Part shown: positions 22,516-31,755 of the stretch, one piece after another | How the letters are laid out: the number at the start of each line of letters is the position of its first letter | Position numbering within the stretch: the stretch's first letter is position 1 | Assembly (NCBI GenBank): GCA_052279835.1 | Contig: CP181291.1 | Coordinates: forward strand, 1,728,001-1,792,000 | Direction of reading: 5' to 3' | Length of the DNA: 64,000 nt | DNA from: Microcoleus sp. | GTDB taxonomy: Bacteria > Cyanobacteriota > Cyanobacteriia > Cyanobacteriales > Microcoleaceae | Notes under the pieces: model-generated | The model's database searches: none | Told to the model about the DNA's origin: nothing | What the model saw: the letters and a program-made list of their open reading frames with translations, nothing else | Made by a program: the position numbers and the translations under genes

Positions 22516-23649
22516 ATGAGAATTGCTCTTTTCACTGAAACTTTCTGGCCGAAAATAGACGGCATTGTTACTAGGCTGATTCACACTGTAGACCACTTAC
22601 AACGCGCGGGCGAACAGGTTCTCATCTTTTCCCCAGATTACGGCATTAAAGAATACAAAGGGGCTAGAGTTTATGGTGTTGAGGGTTTGCCTTTGCCGAT
22701 GTACCCGGAATTGAAAATGGCCTTGCCCAGTCCGGCGATCGGTCGTCAATTAGAGCAGTTTAAACCGGATATTATTCATGTGGTTAATCCTGCTATTTTG
22801 GGATTGGGTGGCATATATTATGGCAAAAAGCTCAATATTCCGATTTTGGCTTCTTACCACACTCATTTACCTAAGTATTTGCACCACTACGGTTTTGGAA
22901 TGCTGGAACCTTTATTATGGGAATTACTTAAAGGTGCTCACAATCAAGCAGAGCTGAATTTGTGCACTTCTACAGCGATGGTGGAGGAACTCAGAAGTCA
23001 TGGGATCGATCGCGTAGACTTATGGCAGCGGGGTGTGGATACTGAGATGTTTGTCCCGGAATTGGCTAGTCGAGAAATGCGATCGCGTCTTTCCCAAAAT
23101 CACCCCGATAGTCCCCTGTTACTTTATGTCGGCCGCCTCGGTGCAGAAAAGGAAATTGAAGCTATCAAACCAGTTCTCGAAGCCATTCCAGGCGCCCGCC
23201 TCGCCCTCGTGGGAGATGGCCCCCACCGACAAACCCTAGAACAATATTTTGCCGGCACTCCCACCAATTTTGTCGGCTATCTCAAGGGCCAAGAACTCGC
23301 AACAGCTTACGCATCTGCTGATGCCTTCATTTTTCCCTCCCGCACCGAAACCCTGGGCTTGGTGCTCCTAGAAGCAATGGCTGCGGGGACACCCGTAGTG
23401 GCTGCACGCAGTGGTGGAATTCCTGATATTGTCACTGACGGCGTTAACGGCTATTTATTTGACCCCACTGATGACATGGGAGCCTCTACTGCTACCCAGC
23501 GTTTGTTTGCAAACCCCGCGGAACGCGAACATCTGCGCCAAAGCGCCCGCACAGAAGCCGAACGCTGGGGTTGGGCCGCGGCTTCTGGACAATTGCGGCG
23601 CTACTATCAATCGGTGATTTTTGCTGAGTCCATGTCCTCTGTGGCGTGA
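22516..23649 (+). CDS. sqdX: Sulfoquinovosyldiacylglycerol synthase (GT4)
   Basis: MRIALFTETF, ETLGLVLLEAMAAG; adjacent to sqdB. Confidence 0.9.
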   Translation: MRIALFTETFWPKIDGIVTRLIHTVDHLQRAGEQVLIFSPDYGIKEYKGARVYGVEGLPLPMYPELKMALPSPAIGRQLEQFKPDIIHVVNPAILGLGGIYYGKKLNIPILASYHTHLPKYLHHYGFGMLEPLLWELLKGAHNQAELNLCTSTAMVEELRSHGIDRVDLWQRGVDTEMFVPELASREMRSRLSQNHPDSPLLLYVGRLGAEKEIEAIKPVLEAIPGARLALVGDGPHRQTLEQYFAGTPTNFVGYLKGQELATAYASADAFIFPSRTETLGLVLLEAMAAGTPVVAARSGGIPDIVTDGVNGYLFDPTDDMGASTATQRLFANPAEREHLRQSARTEAERWGWAAASGQLRRYYQSVIFAESMSSVA

Positions 23650-24036
23650 CGGATTGACAACAATTTATTACAGTAGGGATTGGGTGAGGATTTTCTGTCG
23701 AGAGTCCAAGTTTTTTTACTGCTCCAATCACCGTAGCTATTCTCCTCCTTGGTTTAACATTAAACTATGAATAGCTTCCTGAAAATATTGTGTGGGTAAC
23801 ATCAAACGCCTTCGATCGGACTGTATTTGGTCTGGTGCATGGGCTGAAACCGCGACACATCAATACCAGGAATCCAATGCTGTGACTGTCTATCGGGCAA
23901 AAAACTGCGAACTTATCTCCCCGTTGGAGGTTTTGAGTCGATCGTGAATTGGCAGATACAGCTAATTTGGTATTCTAACTTAAGTAAACCTCGATTTTGA
24001 CTGGTCATCATCAAGATCGGGGTAGTTAAAAAAACG

Positions 24037-24234
24037 ATGTCTATAATAATTATGTCTCATTTCCCTGATTACAATAATGTGCTTCTGACCAAAGTAAATC
24101 AACAAATCAGGCAGTTAGAGCGAGCTTGGGTAGTACATAAAGCCACGCTCAAAGCTTATACAAAATACCCAAGTAAATTTACTGAACTACCCAAATTACC
24201 AAAATACAAAAATCGGGTTAGCGTAGTCATTTAA
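24037..24234 (+). pseudogene. Degenerate fragment of an IS200/IS605 TnpB-like gene
   Basis: PDY..L.TKV.QQ.RQLERAW...KAY.K.PSKF...PKLPKYK resembles the TnpB N-terminal region; no RuvC part. Confidence 0.55.
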
Positions 24235-24320
24235 TGTTAAATTCTCTCACAATTTTCATCACGAGCAAAATCTAGTTTTTGATAAGTGGTCACTCTACCC
24301 TCCGAAAAAAGCAGTTAATC

Positions 24321-26963
24321 ATGACATTCTCCAATGCTGGTAGCGTTCTGGCTACACTGACTCAAGTCAATCTGATGGGAGCATTAACCTCCCGTGTTAA
24401 GAACCTGCCAGTTCCTGAATTAGTCTGTCTGCTGGACTTTATCACGGCTGAATTTCAGCAATTTATCCGGGCGATGGATCTGATTAACAATGAAGCCCTC
24501 GAAAGTCTCTTAGAGCAACTTTTAGATGCCTTCACTGTCAAAATTGGTCTCATCCTCCAAGCAGACAGGACGACAATTTTTTTGGTGGACTCCAGCAAAA
24601 ATCAACTTTGGCATAAAACTGTCGATGTTACTATTGGCAAACCTGTAGAAGTTCGTTTACCGATGGATGCAGGTATTTTGGGCTATGTCGCAACTACTGG
24701 AAAATCGATCAATGTCGTAGAAGCCAGAGAACACGAGCTGTTCAATGCGGAAGTAGATGAACCTTCTGATTATCAAATCAAGAGCATCCTCTGTATGCCA
24801 ATTTTTAGTAGCAAGAGCGAAACAGAACCCGTAGCTGTAGTCAGACTTTTGAATAAAGCAGGGGATGTACCTTTTGACGAAGACGACGAACAGCAGTTTC
24901 GGGTGTTTGCAGATTCCATCGGGATTATTCTCGAAAGCTGTCAGTCTTTCTATGTCGTCGCTCGCAATCAGCGAGGGGTGGCGGCACTGTTGAGAGCTAC
25001 GACAACTTTGGGTCAAAGTCTTGACTTGGAAACAACTTTGCGAGCTGTCATGGATCAAGCTCGTGACTTGATGCAGGCAGACCGCAGTACGCTATTTTTA
25101 TTAAATCGGGAAACCAACGAACTTTGGACAAAACTCGCCAAGGCTGATGGCAAAACTATGATTAAAATCCGCATTCCCGCTAATAGGGGAATTGCGGGCT
25201 ATGTGGCTTCTACAGGTCAAACTCTCAATATTACAGATGCTTACGACGATCCCCGTTTTGACCCCACTACAGACCAGCAAACTGGATATCGCACTCGCAC
25301 TGTCTTGTGTATGCCAGTTTATAACGCTAAAGGTGAGTTGATCGGCGTAACTCAGCTAATTAATAAAAACCAAGGAACTTTTACTAATTCCGATGAAGAA
25401 TTTCTGCGGGCTTTCAATTCCCAGGCGGGCATGGCACTGCAAAATTCTCAATTATTTGAAAATATGATGGTCGAAAAACAGTATCAGAAAGATATGTTAC
25501 AAAGTCTTTCTGATGCGGTTATTTCCACTGATTTTCAGGGCCGGATCGTGACTATCAATGAGGCGGCTCTCGAACTTTTGGGATGTCCGGTAAATCAAGA
25601 TAAAACTAAAGATAATCCCCAGCTTTGGGAACACAAACTGATAAATCGCTATGTTTGGGAAGTTTTGCCGATCGAAAATTTGCAATTTCGACTACAAGAC
25701 AGCCTGAATCATGCTGCTAGACATTATGTTCCCGAACAAAGTTTAACCCTCGGACTTTTGATAGAAAAATCCCTAAATTCCCCAGAGACAGAAAATTATA
25801 TTTTGGCAGTCCCCGCTCCCAATAACCCTAGTTTATATTATGCTTGGGGCGAAAACGCTGCTTGGGCTGAAGAATTAGCAGTGCTACAATTGGCTAATTC
25901 CCAATCTCTATTCGCCCTTGATAATTCTGCTACCTATTACCCTTACTGTCCGCTCCCCATTTCCGGCTCTCACATTAAGGTAATTGAACGCAGTTTGAAT
26001 TTGACTGTTAACCCCCTGACTAATCCCGAAGGAGGCGTGCGGGGGGGTTTGGTGGTACTCGAAGATATCAGCCGCGAAAAGCGGATGAAAACTACTATGT
26101 CTCGCTACATGACTCCCGGAGTCGTGGAACAAGTGATGGCCTTGGGTGACGACGCCCTGATGGTGGGGGAACGCAAGGATGTCACTATTTTATTTTCAGA
26201 TATTCGCGGCTACACCACGCTGACGGAAAATTTGGGAGCATCGGAAGTTGTTGCTCTTCTCAATCAGTATTTTGAGACTATGGTGGAGGCTGTTTTCCAC
26301 TGCGAAGGTACTTTAGACAAGTTTATTGGTGATGCTTTAATGGCTGTGTTCGGCGCGCCTTTACCGCTAAATCCCCCCGAAATTCATGGTTGGATGGCGG
26401 TTAAATCAGCTTTGGATATGAGGAAACGGCTCCAAGAGTTTAATGATTCTCGCCCCGGAGAAATTCCATTTCGTTTTGGTATTGGGATTAGTTCGGGAGA
26501 GGTGGTTTCAGGAAATATTGGTTCTCAAAAGCGGATGGACTACACGGTAATTGGGGATGCTGTGAATTTGAGTTCTCGCCTGGAAGAGCTTACCAAGGAG
26601 TATGGCTGCGATATAATTTTGAGTGAGTTTACTTACAGTTTGTGTAGCGATCGCATTTGGGTCCGAGAATTAGATAAGGTGCGGGTTAAAGGCAAAAATC
26701 AGCCAGTTGGTATTTACGAATTGCTACAAAGTAGTTCTGAACCTATAGACGGGGAAACTCAAAGGTTCTTGGAACTTTACAAAAATGGTCGTGAGGCTTA
26801 TATTGCTAGAAATTTTCAACAAGCTATTAGTTTTTTTGAGGCTGCTTTGACAATCAGACAAAAGGATAAACCTGTTGAAGTTCACATCGAACGCTCTCTA
26901 AATTACTTGAAAGTCTCTCCACCCGATGATTGGGACGGCGTGCATACTATGGCAACAAAGTAG
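24321..26963 (+). CDS. cyaB: GAF-GAF-PAS class III adenylate cyclase (CyaB-type)
   Basis: Two GAF domains, PAS, FSDIRGYT, DKFIGDA, GDAVNLSSR. Confidence 0.9.
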   Translation: MTFSNAGSVLATLTQVNLMGALTSRVKNLPVPELVCLLDFITAEFQQFIRAMDLINNEALESLLEQLLDAFTVKIGLILQADRTTIFLVDSSKNQLWHKTVDVTIGKPVEVRLPMDAGILGYVATTGKSINVVEAREHELFNAEVDEPSDYQIKSILCMPIFSSKSETEPVAVVRLLNKAGDVPFDEDDEQQFRVFADSIGIILESCQSFYVVARNQRGVAALLRATTTLGQSLDLETTLRAVMDQARDLMQADRSTLFLLNRETNELWTKLAKADGKTMIKIRIPANRGIAGYVASTGQTLNITDAYDDPRFDPTTDQQTGYRTRTVLCMPVYNAKGELIGVTQLINKNQGTFTNSDEEFLRAFNSQAGMALQNSQLFENMMVEKQYQKDMLQSLSDAVISTDFQGRIVTINEAALELLGCPVNQDKTKDNPQLWEHKLINRYVWEVLPIENLQFRLQDSLNHAARHYVPEQSLTLGLLIEKSLNSPETENYILAVPAPNNPSLYYAWGENAAWAEELAVLQLANSQSLFALDNSATYYPYCPLPISGSHIKVIERSLNLTVNPLTNPEGGVRGGLVVLEDISREKRMKTTMSRYMTPGVVEQVMALGDDALMVGERKDVTILFSDIRGYTTLTENLGASEVVALLNQYFETMVEAVFHCEGTLDKFIGDALMAVFGAPLPLNPPEIHGWMAVKSALDMRKRLQEFNDSRPGEIPFRFGIGISSGEVVSGNIGSQKRMDYTVIGDAVNLSSRLEELTKEYGCDIILSEFTYSLCSDRIWVRELDKVRVKGKNQPVGIYELLQSSSEPIDGETQRFLELYKNGREAYIARNFQQAISFFEAALTIRQKDKPVEVHIERSLNYLKVSPPDDWDGVHTMATK

Positions 26964-27133
26964 TGAATTATATCGCATCACTGTGCAAAATTGTATAAAT
27001 ATTGTGAAGTTAATAGCTAAATATTGTGAATATATTTATATATTCCCTAGGAGAGAGTTCAAAAGTTACAAACTGTGAAAAAATGGTGTCGAAGACTCAA
27101 AAAAATAGTATAAAATAGCGGGTCAAGAATTCA

Positions 27134-28276
27134 ATGAAATATTTATCTGTTCCGAATGCTACCAAGGTCGATCGCATTCTGGTTGTAGACGATGCTCCAG
27201 ATAATGTTTTATTGGTAGAGACGATTCTGGAAGAAGAAGGTTACGAAATTAGTAGTGCAGATAATGGTTTTTCGGCCTTGCTGCAAATTGAAAAATCTCC
27301 CCCAGATTTATTGTTGCTAGATGTGATGATGCCGGGAATGGATGGTTACGAAGTGACTAAAAGAATTAGGCAAAAAACAGAATTGCCGTTTATTCCGATT
27401 TTGCTGATCACCGCTCACGACAGTGCTAGCGTAGTGCAAGGGTTGGACATGGGAGCAGATGATTTCATCCGCAAACCGGTGGAAATGGACGAGCTACTGG
27501 CCAGGGTGCGATCGCTCCTGCGACTAAAACACAGCGTAGACGAGCGCAATTCGATCGCGCTTCAACGAGAAGATTTTGTCTCCCGACTCGCTCACGACTT
27601 GCGGACACCACTGGTAGCAGCCGATCGAATGTTAACCTTAATGCAGCAAGGTGCTCTGGGAGAAATCTCCCTCCCCATGCACGAGGCTTTCGGCACAATG
27701 GTTCGCAGCAACAAAAACCTGATTAATATGGTAAATATGCTGCTGGAAGTATATCGCTACGAAGCAGGTGGCAAATCCCTAAGTTTTGCACCCGTTGACT
27801 TGCGACAACTGATCGCTGAGGTAGCCCAAGAGCTCGCACCCTTAGCCGATGCTAAAGGTTTGTCAGTGAATTTAGACTTGACAGAAAGTGCAGAAAGTGC
27901 TCCCATTGCTAAGTATCCCGGCGATCGCCTGGAGTTGTACCGTTTGCTAACAAATTTAATCGGAAATGCGATTAAATTCACTGACACCGGTTCCATAGAC
28001 ATTCGCTTAAAAGCGGCAAATTCTCCCGATTTTACGAGCTTCAAAAACCAACCACTAGCTTGGGTTGTCATTGAAATTCAAGATACTGGTGCGGGGATTT
28101 CCCCAGCGGAACAAGCCAAGTTATTTCAAAGGTTTGGGCCGGGAACTCACAAAAGATCTGGTACCGGTTTGGGACTCCATTTGTGTCGCCAAATAGTGGA
28201 AGCTCACCGCGGTACAATTGAGGCAAAATCAGAGCTAGGAAACGGTAGTTTGTTTACTATTCGTTTGCCTTGTTAG
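27134..28276 (+). CDS. Hybrid response regulator/histidine kinase
   Basis: REC (LVVDD, DVMMP, KP), HDLRTP H-box, NAIKFT, GTGLGL. Confidence 0.92.
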   Translation: MKYLSVPNATKVDRILVVDDAPDNVLLVETILEEEGYEISSADNGFSALLQIEKSPPDLLLLDVMMPGMDGYEVTKRIRQKTELPFIPILLITAHDSASVVQGLDMGADDFIRKPVEMDELLARVRSLLRLKHSVDERNSIALQREDFVSRLAHDLRTPLVAADRMLTLMQQGALGEISLPMHEAFGTMVRSNKNLINMVNMLLEVYRYEAGGKSLSFAPVDLRQLIAEVAQELAPLADAKGLSVNLDLTESAESAPIAKYPGDRLELYRLLTNLIGNAIKFTDTGSIDIRLKAANSPDFTSFKNQPLAWVVIEIQDTGAGISPAEQAKLFQRFGPGTHKRSGTGLGLHLCRQIVEAHRGTIEAKSELGNGSLFTIRLPC

Positions 28277-28349
28277 GGCGAGAGAGTATGTAAGGGCTCC
28301 GGGCACTCACAGGCACCGCCCCTACAAAGGGCAATGATAAATACTTTAC

Positions 28350-28697
28350 TTCTTCCTGCTTCCTTCTTTTCCCCCCTTGGGGGGGGGTGAATTCTTCCTG
28401 GTTTCCCCGCTCCTCAATCCCCCCTTGGGGGGGGGCAGGGGGGGGTGACTTATTCCTGGTTTCCGCTCCTCAATCCCCCCTTGGGGGGGGCAGGGGGGGG
28501 TGACTTATTCCTGGTTTCCGCTCCTCAATCCCCCCTTGGGGGGGGCAGGGGGGGGTGACTTATTCCTGGTTTCCGCTCCTCAATCCCCCCTTGGGGGGGG
28601 CAGGGGGGGGGTGACTTATTCCTGGTTTCCGCTCCTCAATCCCCCCTTGGGGGGGGCAGGGGGGGGGTGACTTATTCCTGCTTCCTTCTTCCTTCTT
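28350..28697. repeat. Tandem array of ~55-bp C6-TT-G8-CA-G8 units
   Basis: Five full units plus one partial; core is the reverse complement of the 5401 array core; single copy at 45690-45735. Confidence 0.9.
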
Positions 28698-28702
28698 AAT
28701 AT

Positions 28703-29536
28703 ATGCCTAACTGTCCAGTATGCGATACAGAATATGTCGAAGAAACAGCAGTATTTTGCTCAACTTGTGGCTGGGATTTGACACCTTATCCGTTGCGTTA
28801 TAAGCCTACGAAAATATATTTAAAAAAAGAAGCAATTAGATTAGAGTGGGCAAAAAAAATGTGGGAATTTGCCTGCACTCAACAAAGTTGGGAGACAAGG
28901 TTTGATGCGTTGCAAGGGGAATTGCAGCAAAATGCGATCGCGCGATCGCACACCCAATCTCAGCTAGACTGGGTTTTGTACCGCCTGGAACAATTGAACC
29001 CAGAAGCTATTTCCAGCACTCTGGAGCGGCTGGAAGAGAAAATAGGCCAAATGCCTGAGCAAACTCCACGGCTGTCGGAAGTCGGGATGGACTACCGCCC
29101 ATTGACAAAGTTGTTAAAAACTGGAAAATGGCAGAAAGCTGACGAGCATACTTGGGAAATTTTGCTGTCTATAAGTTTGAGGGAAGAGGAAGGTTGGCTC
29201 AGTGCTGCGGATATTGACAATTTTCCTTGTACAGACCTTCGCACGATCGACCAACTTTGGCAACAATACAGCGATGGACGGTTTGGGCTGAGCGTACAGC
29301 ACCAGATTTGGGAAAGCGTTGGGGGCAAATATACGGAATTTTGCGATCGGGTAGGCTGGCGAGTCAAGGATAATTGGAAATATTACGAAGAATTATCCTT
29401 TCGCGACAGTGCCCCGCCGGGACATCTCCCCATCACAGTCTGGCGGCGGCGCGCTTGTTACGGTGCTGGCCAACTCACTGCAGCAGAGAACTTAGTCGCC
29501 ATTACTCAAAGACTTGCAGCTTGCGGAAATCATTAA
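28703..29536 (+). CDS. Zinc-ribbon/coiled-coil/GUN4-domain protein
   Basis: CPVC...CSTC; DYRPL..LL...WQKAD, FPCTDLRTIDQLW, GRFG, GHLP. Confidence 0.85.
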   Translation: MPNCPVCDTEYVEETAVFCSTCGWDLTPYPLRYKPTKIYLKKEAIRLEWAKKMWEFACTQQSWETRFDALQGELQQNAIARSHTQSQLDWVLYRLEQLNPEAISSTLERLEEKIGQMPEQTPRLSEVGMDYRPLTKLLKTGKWQKADEHTWEILLSISLREEEGWLSAADIDNFPCTDLRTIDQLWQQYSDGRFGLSVQHQIWESVGGKYTEFCDRVGWRVKDNWKYYEELSFRDSAPPGHLPITVWRRRACYGAGQLTAAENLVAITQRLAACGNH

Positions 29537-29710
29537 ACTTTTGACTAAGACAAAAAAATCCGGTTTCTGCGTCTATATTTCAGACTAATCCCCAATTTTT
29601 CCGAGAAACCCGGTTTTTGGCCTGGTGTGCGCCCAGAAATTTAATCCCCAATTCAAAATTAAAAATTCAAAATCGACATTAGCTGCTATAATCAAAACGG
29701 TTCAGCAACT

Positions 29711-30035
29711 GGGGCTGTGGCTCAGATGGATAGAGCAAGCGCCTCCTGAAGAATCGGGCACCCTGGTAGGAAACTCTGGGAGTGAATGTGGTCAAACTCA
29801 AGGAAGCCTAAGTCTGACAACGGATAAGGTAATCTTGAGCCAAGCTCTACTAATACTCAAATTTTGGTAGAGAAGGTGCAGAGACTGGCTTTAGGAAGTA
29901 AACATCATAAAACCTCCTAAACATACGGCCACCACCTAAAGGTCGCAAGCCTACGGTGAAGGAATAGTCCAGAGAGTGGGGAAACTCACACAAATCTGAA
30001 GCGCTAGGTCGCCGGTTCGAACCCGGCCAGTCCCG
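29711..30035 (+). tRNA. trnR-CCU: tRNA-Arg(CCU), split by a group I intron (exons 29711-29747 and 29999-30035)
   Basis: Joined exons fold as a tRNA: acceptor GGGGCTG/CAGTCCC, anticodon arm AGCGC-CTCCTAA-GCGCT, T-loop GGTTCGAACC. Confidence 0.93.
29748..29998 (+). ncRNA. Group I self-splicing intron (251 nt)
   Basis: Follows exon U and ends in G; core elements AAACTCAAGGAA (P), AATCTTGAGC (Q), GTGCAGAGACT (R), GAATAGTCC (S); P3 GTGGTC/GGCCAC. Confidence 0.9.
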
Positions 30036-30061
30036 TAGACAAATTAAGGACAATTTAAAGC

Positions 30062-30097
30062 AAAAGGGCAAAGTCTAGGTTTTGCCCTTTTCTTTTA
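30062..30097 (+). terminator. Intrinsic terminator after tRNA-Arg
   Basis: AAAAGGGCAAA-loop-TTTGCCCTTTT followed by a T-rich tract. Confidence 0.7.
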
Positions 30098-30328
30098 AGG
30101 TTTTGGATGGAGGGTAGACCCCACACACTAGCTTTCTGGTTTTCAGTCCCAACAAGTTTCGCTGACATAATTGCCTTAAAAAACTGGGTTTCTGCATGGG
30201 TCCTTTTAAAACATCCGCATGATGGCCACTTCTTAATTTTTAGATTTAAATTCCTGTTAATAGGCTGTAAGTGCCGTATTTTTTGTTATTGTTCCTATGT
30301 CAGCTACACAAATTTTTTATAGGTTTAA

Positions 30329-30919
30329 ATGTGGTTAAGAGTCAATTTAAACAAGCGACGTTACAAACGTTTGAGGAGTTCGCAGCAAGTTCGGTTGCTA
30401 GTAGCACTGTTGATGGCTTTTTGGTTGGGCTATCAACAGCTCAAGAGTGAATTTCAAAGACCCCAAGCTTTGTTAGTGTTGGGTGGGGCGACAGAGCGGG
30501 AGGTGTTTGCCGCTAACTTTGCTCGCAAGCATCCTGATTTGCCGATTTGGGTTTCTTCTGGGAGTAATCCTGAATTCGCTGAATGGGTGTTTTCTGAGGC
30601 GGGTATTAGGTCCGATCGCGTGCATTTGGACTACAGAGCTGTGGATACTGTAACCAACTTTACCACATTGGTGGATGAATTGCGCGATCGGGGAATTGAT
30701 AGTTTGTATCTGATTACATCAGACGACCACATGAGACGAGCTTGGATCATCGGGGAGATTGTTTTCGGTAGTAGAGGTATTCGTTTCAAGCCTGTGGCTG
30801 TTCCTTCGGGCCGAGAACCCGAACCGGTGCAAAAAGCAGTGCGCGATGGTGTGAGAGCTATTGTTTGGCTGACTACCGGTTATACGGGGGCTAATTTCAG
30901 TCAAGCCAGAATTAAATAA
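30329..30919 (+). CDS. YdcF/DUF218 family protein
   Basis: N-terminal TM helix, LVLGG, AVDTVTNF, ITSDDHMRRA. Confidence 0.85.
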   Translation: MWLRVNLNKRRYKRLRSSQQVRLLVALLMAFWLGYQQLKSEFQRPQALLVLGGATEREVFAANFARKHPDLPIWVSSGSNPEFAEWVFSEAGIRSDRVHLDYRAVDTVTNFTTLVDELRDRGIDSLYLITSDDHMRRAWIIGEIVFGSRGIRFKPVAVPSGREPEPVQKAVRDGVRAIVWLTTGYTGANFSQARIK

Positions 30920-31003
30920 ACTAAGAAAGTATGACTTATATTTGATACCTTGGGTTGTGAGCTACAATAGAAACTAGATCAATTTCAACTCATAGGAAAA
31001 CAT

Positions 31004-31720
31004 ATGTCTCAATCAATTGCGCCAGTTTTAACAGACCAGCAAGTTGATGATTCACCCACATTAACCTTTGAAGAATACCGAGTTTATCAAGGCGAACTTG
31101 ATGTACAATATGAACTGTACAAAGGCAAATTAATTCCGCTGCCAACAGCAACAGTTTTACACATCAAAATTTGCGAATATTTAGTTTATAAATTGCAGCG
31201 TTACCTAGCTGCTCATAATCTTGATTTAGTAGTAAAAACTGGTCTGGGAGTGAGAACTGATGAAGATAAATCCCGGATTCCTGATGTAGTTGTCTGCACT
31301 CAAAGTCTTTTGGAACAAGCGGCTGCTAGACCCGGTGCAGGTATTCTCGATTGTGATGAAAAGCCGCTATTAGTGGTAGAGGTAGTGAGCGAAGACCGGC
31401 GGGCAGATTACGTGATCAAACGAGGGGAGTACGAACTAGCGAATGTGCCGGAATATTGCATTGTTGACCCTAAAAATGGCAAGCAAAAAATCAGGCTTTT
31501 AGCATTTATTGATGGTGAAGAGAGTTATACGCAGACAGATTTCTTGCCTGGTGAGGAAATTATATCTGTAGTATTTCCAGATTTCGTTTTATCGGTGGAT
31601 GAAATACTAAATCCGCCCTTAGTGGAGGAGTTAGTGAAAGCAGAACAAGCTCAATTGCAGAAAGCTGAAAGGTTGGCGGCGAAGTTGCGGGAGTTGGGCG
31701 TAGATCCTGATTCTGTTTAA
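31004..31720 (+). CDS. Uma2 (DUF820) family endonuclease-like protein
   Basis: RIPDVVV, LVVEVVS, EYCIVDP, C-terminal ERLAAKLRELGVDP. Confidence 0.9.
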   Translation: MSQSIAPVLTDQQVDDSPTLTFEEYRVYQGELDVQYELYKGKLIPLPTATVLHIKICEYLVYKLQRYLAAHNLDLVVKTGLGVRTDEDKSRIPDVVVCTQSLLEQAAARPGAGILDCDEKPLLVVEVVSEDRRADYVIKRGEYELANVPEYCIVDPKNGKQKIRLLAFIDGEESYTQTDFLPGEEIISVVFPDFVLSVDEILNPPLVEELVKAEQAQLQKAERLAAKLRELGVDPDSV

Positions 31721-31755
31721 GGGATTAAAATGATTGCAATAGCGCTTTCTCATGC

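Noticed and set aside
23804..23885. Minus-strand peptide WIPGIDVSRFQ resembling a GH25 lysozyme start
   Set aside because: The frame closes within ~15 codons and has no start or RBS support; likely chance.
28350..28697. Possible CRISPR array
   Set aside because: Whole units repeat with no unique spacers.
29625..30071. Short ORFs across the tRNA-Arg intron as a homing endonuclease
   Set aside because: Too short, they cross the exon boundaries, and they lack LAGLIDADG, HNH, GIY-YIG or PD-(D/E)xK motifs.
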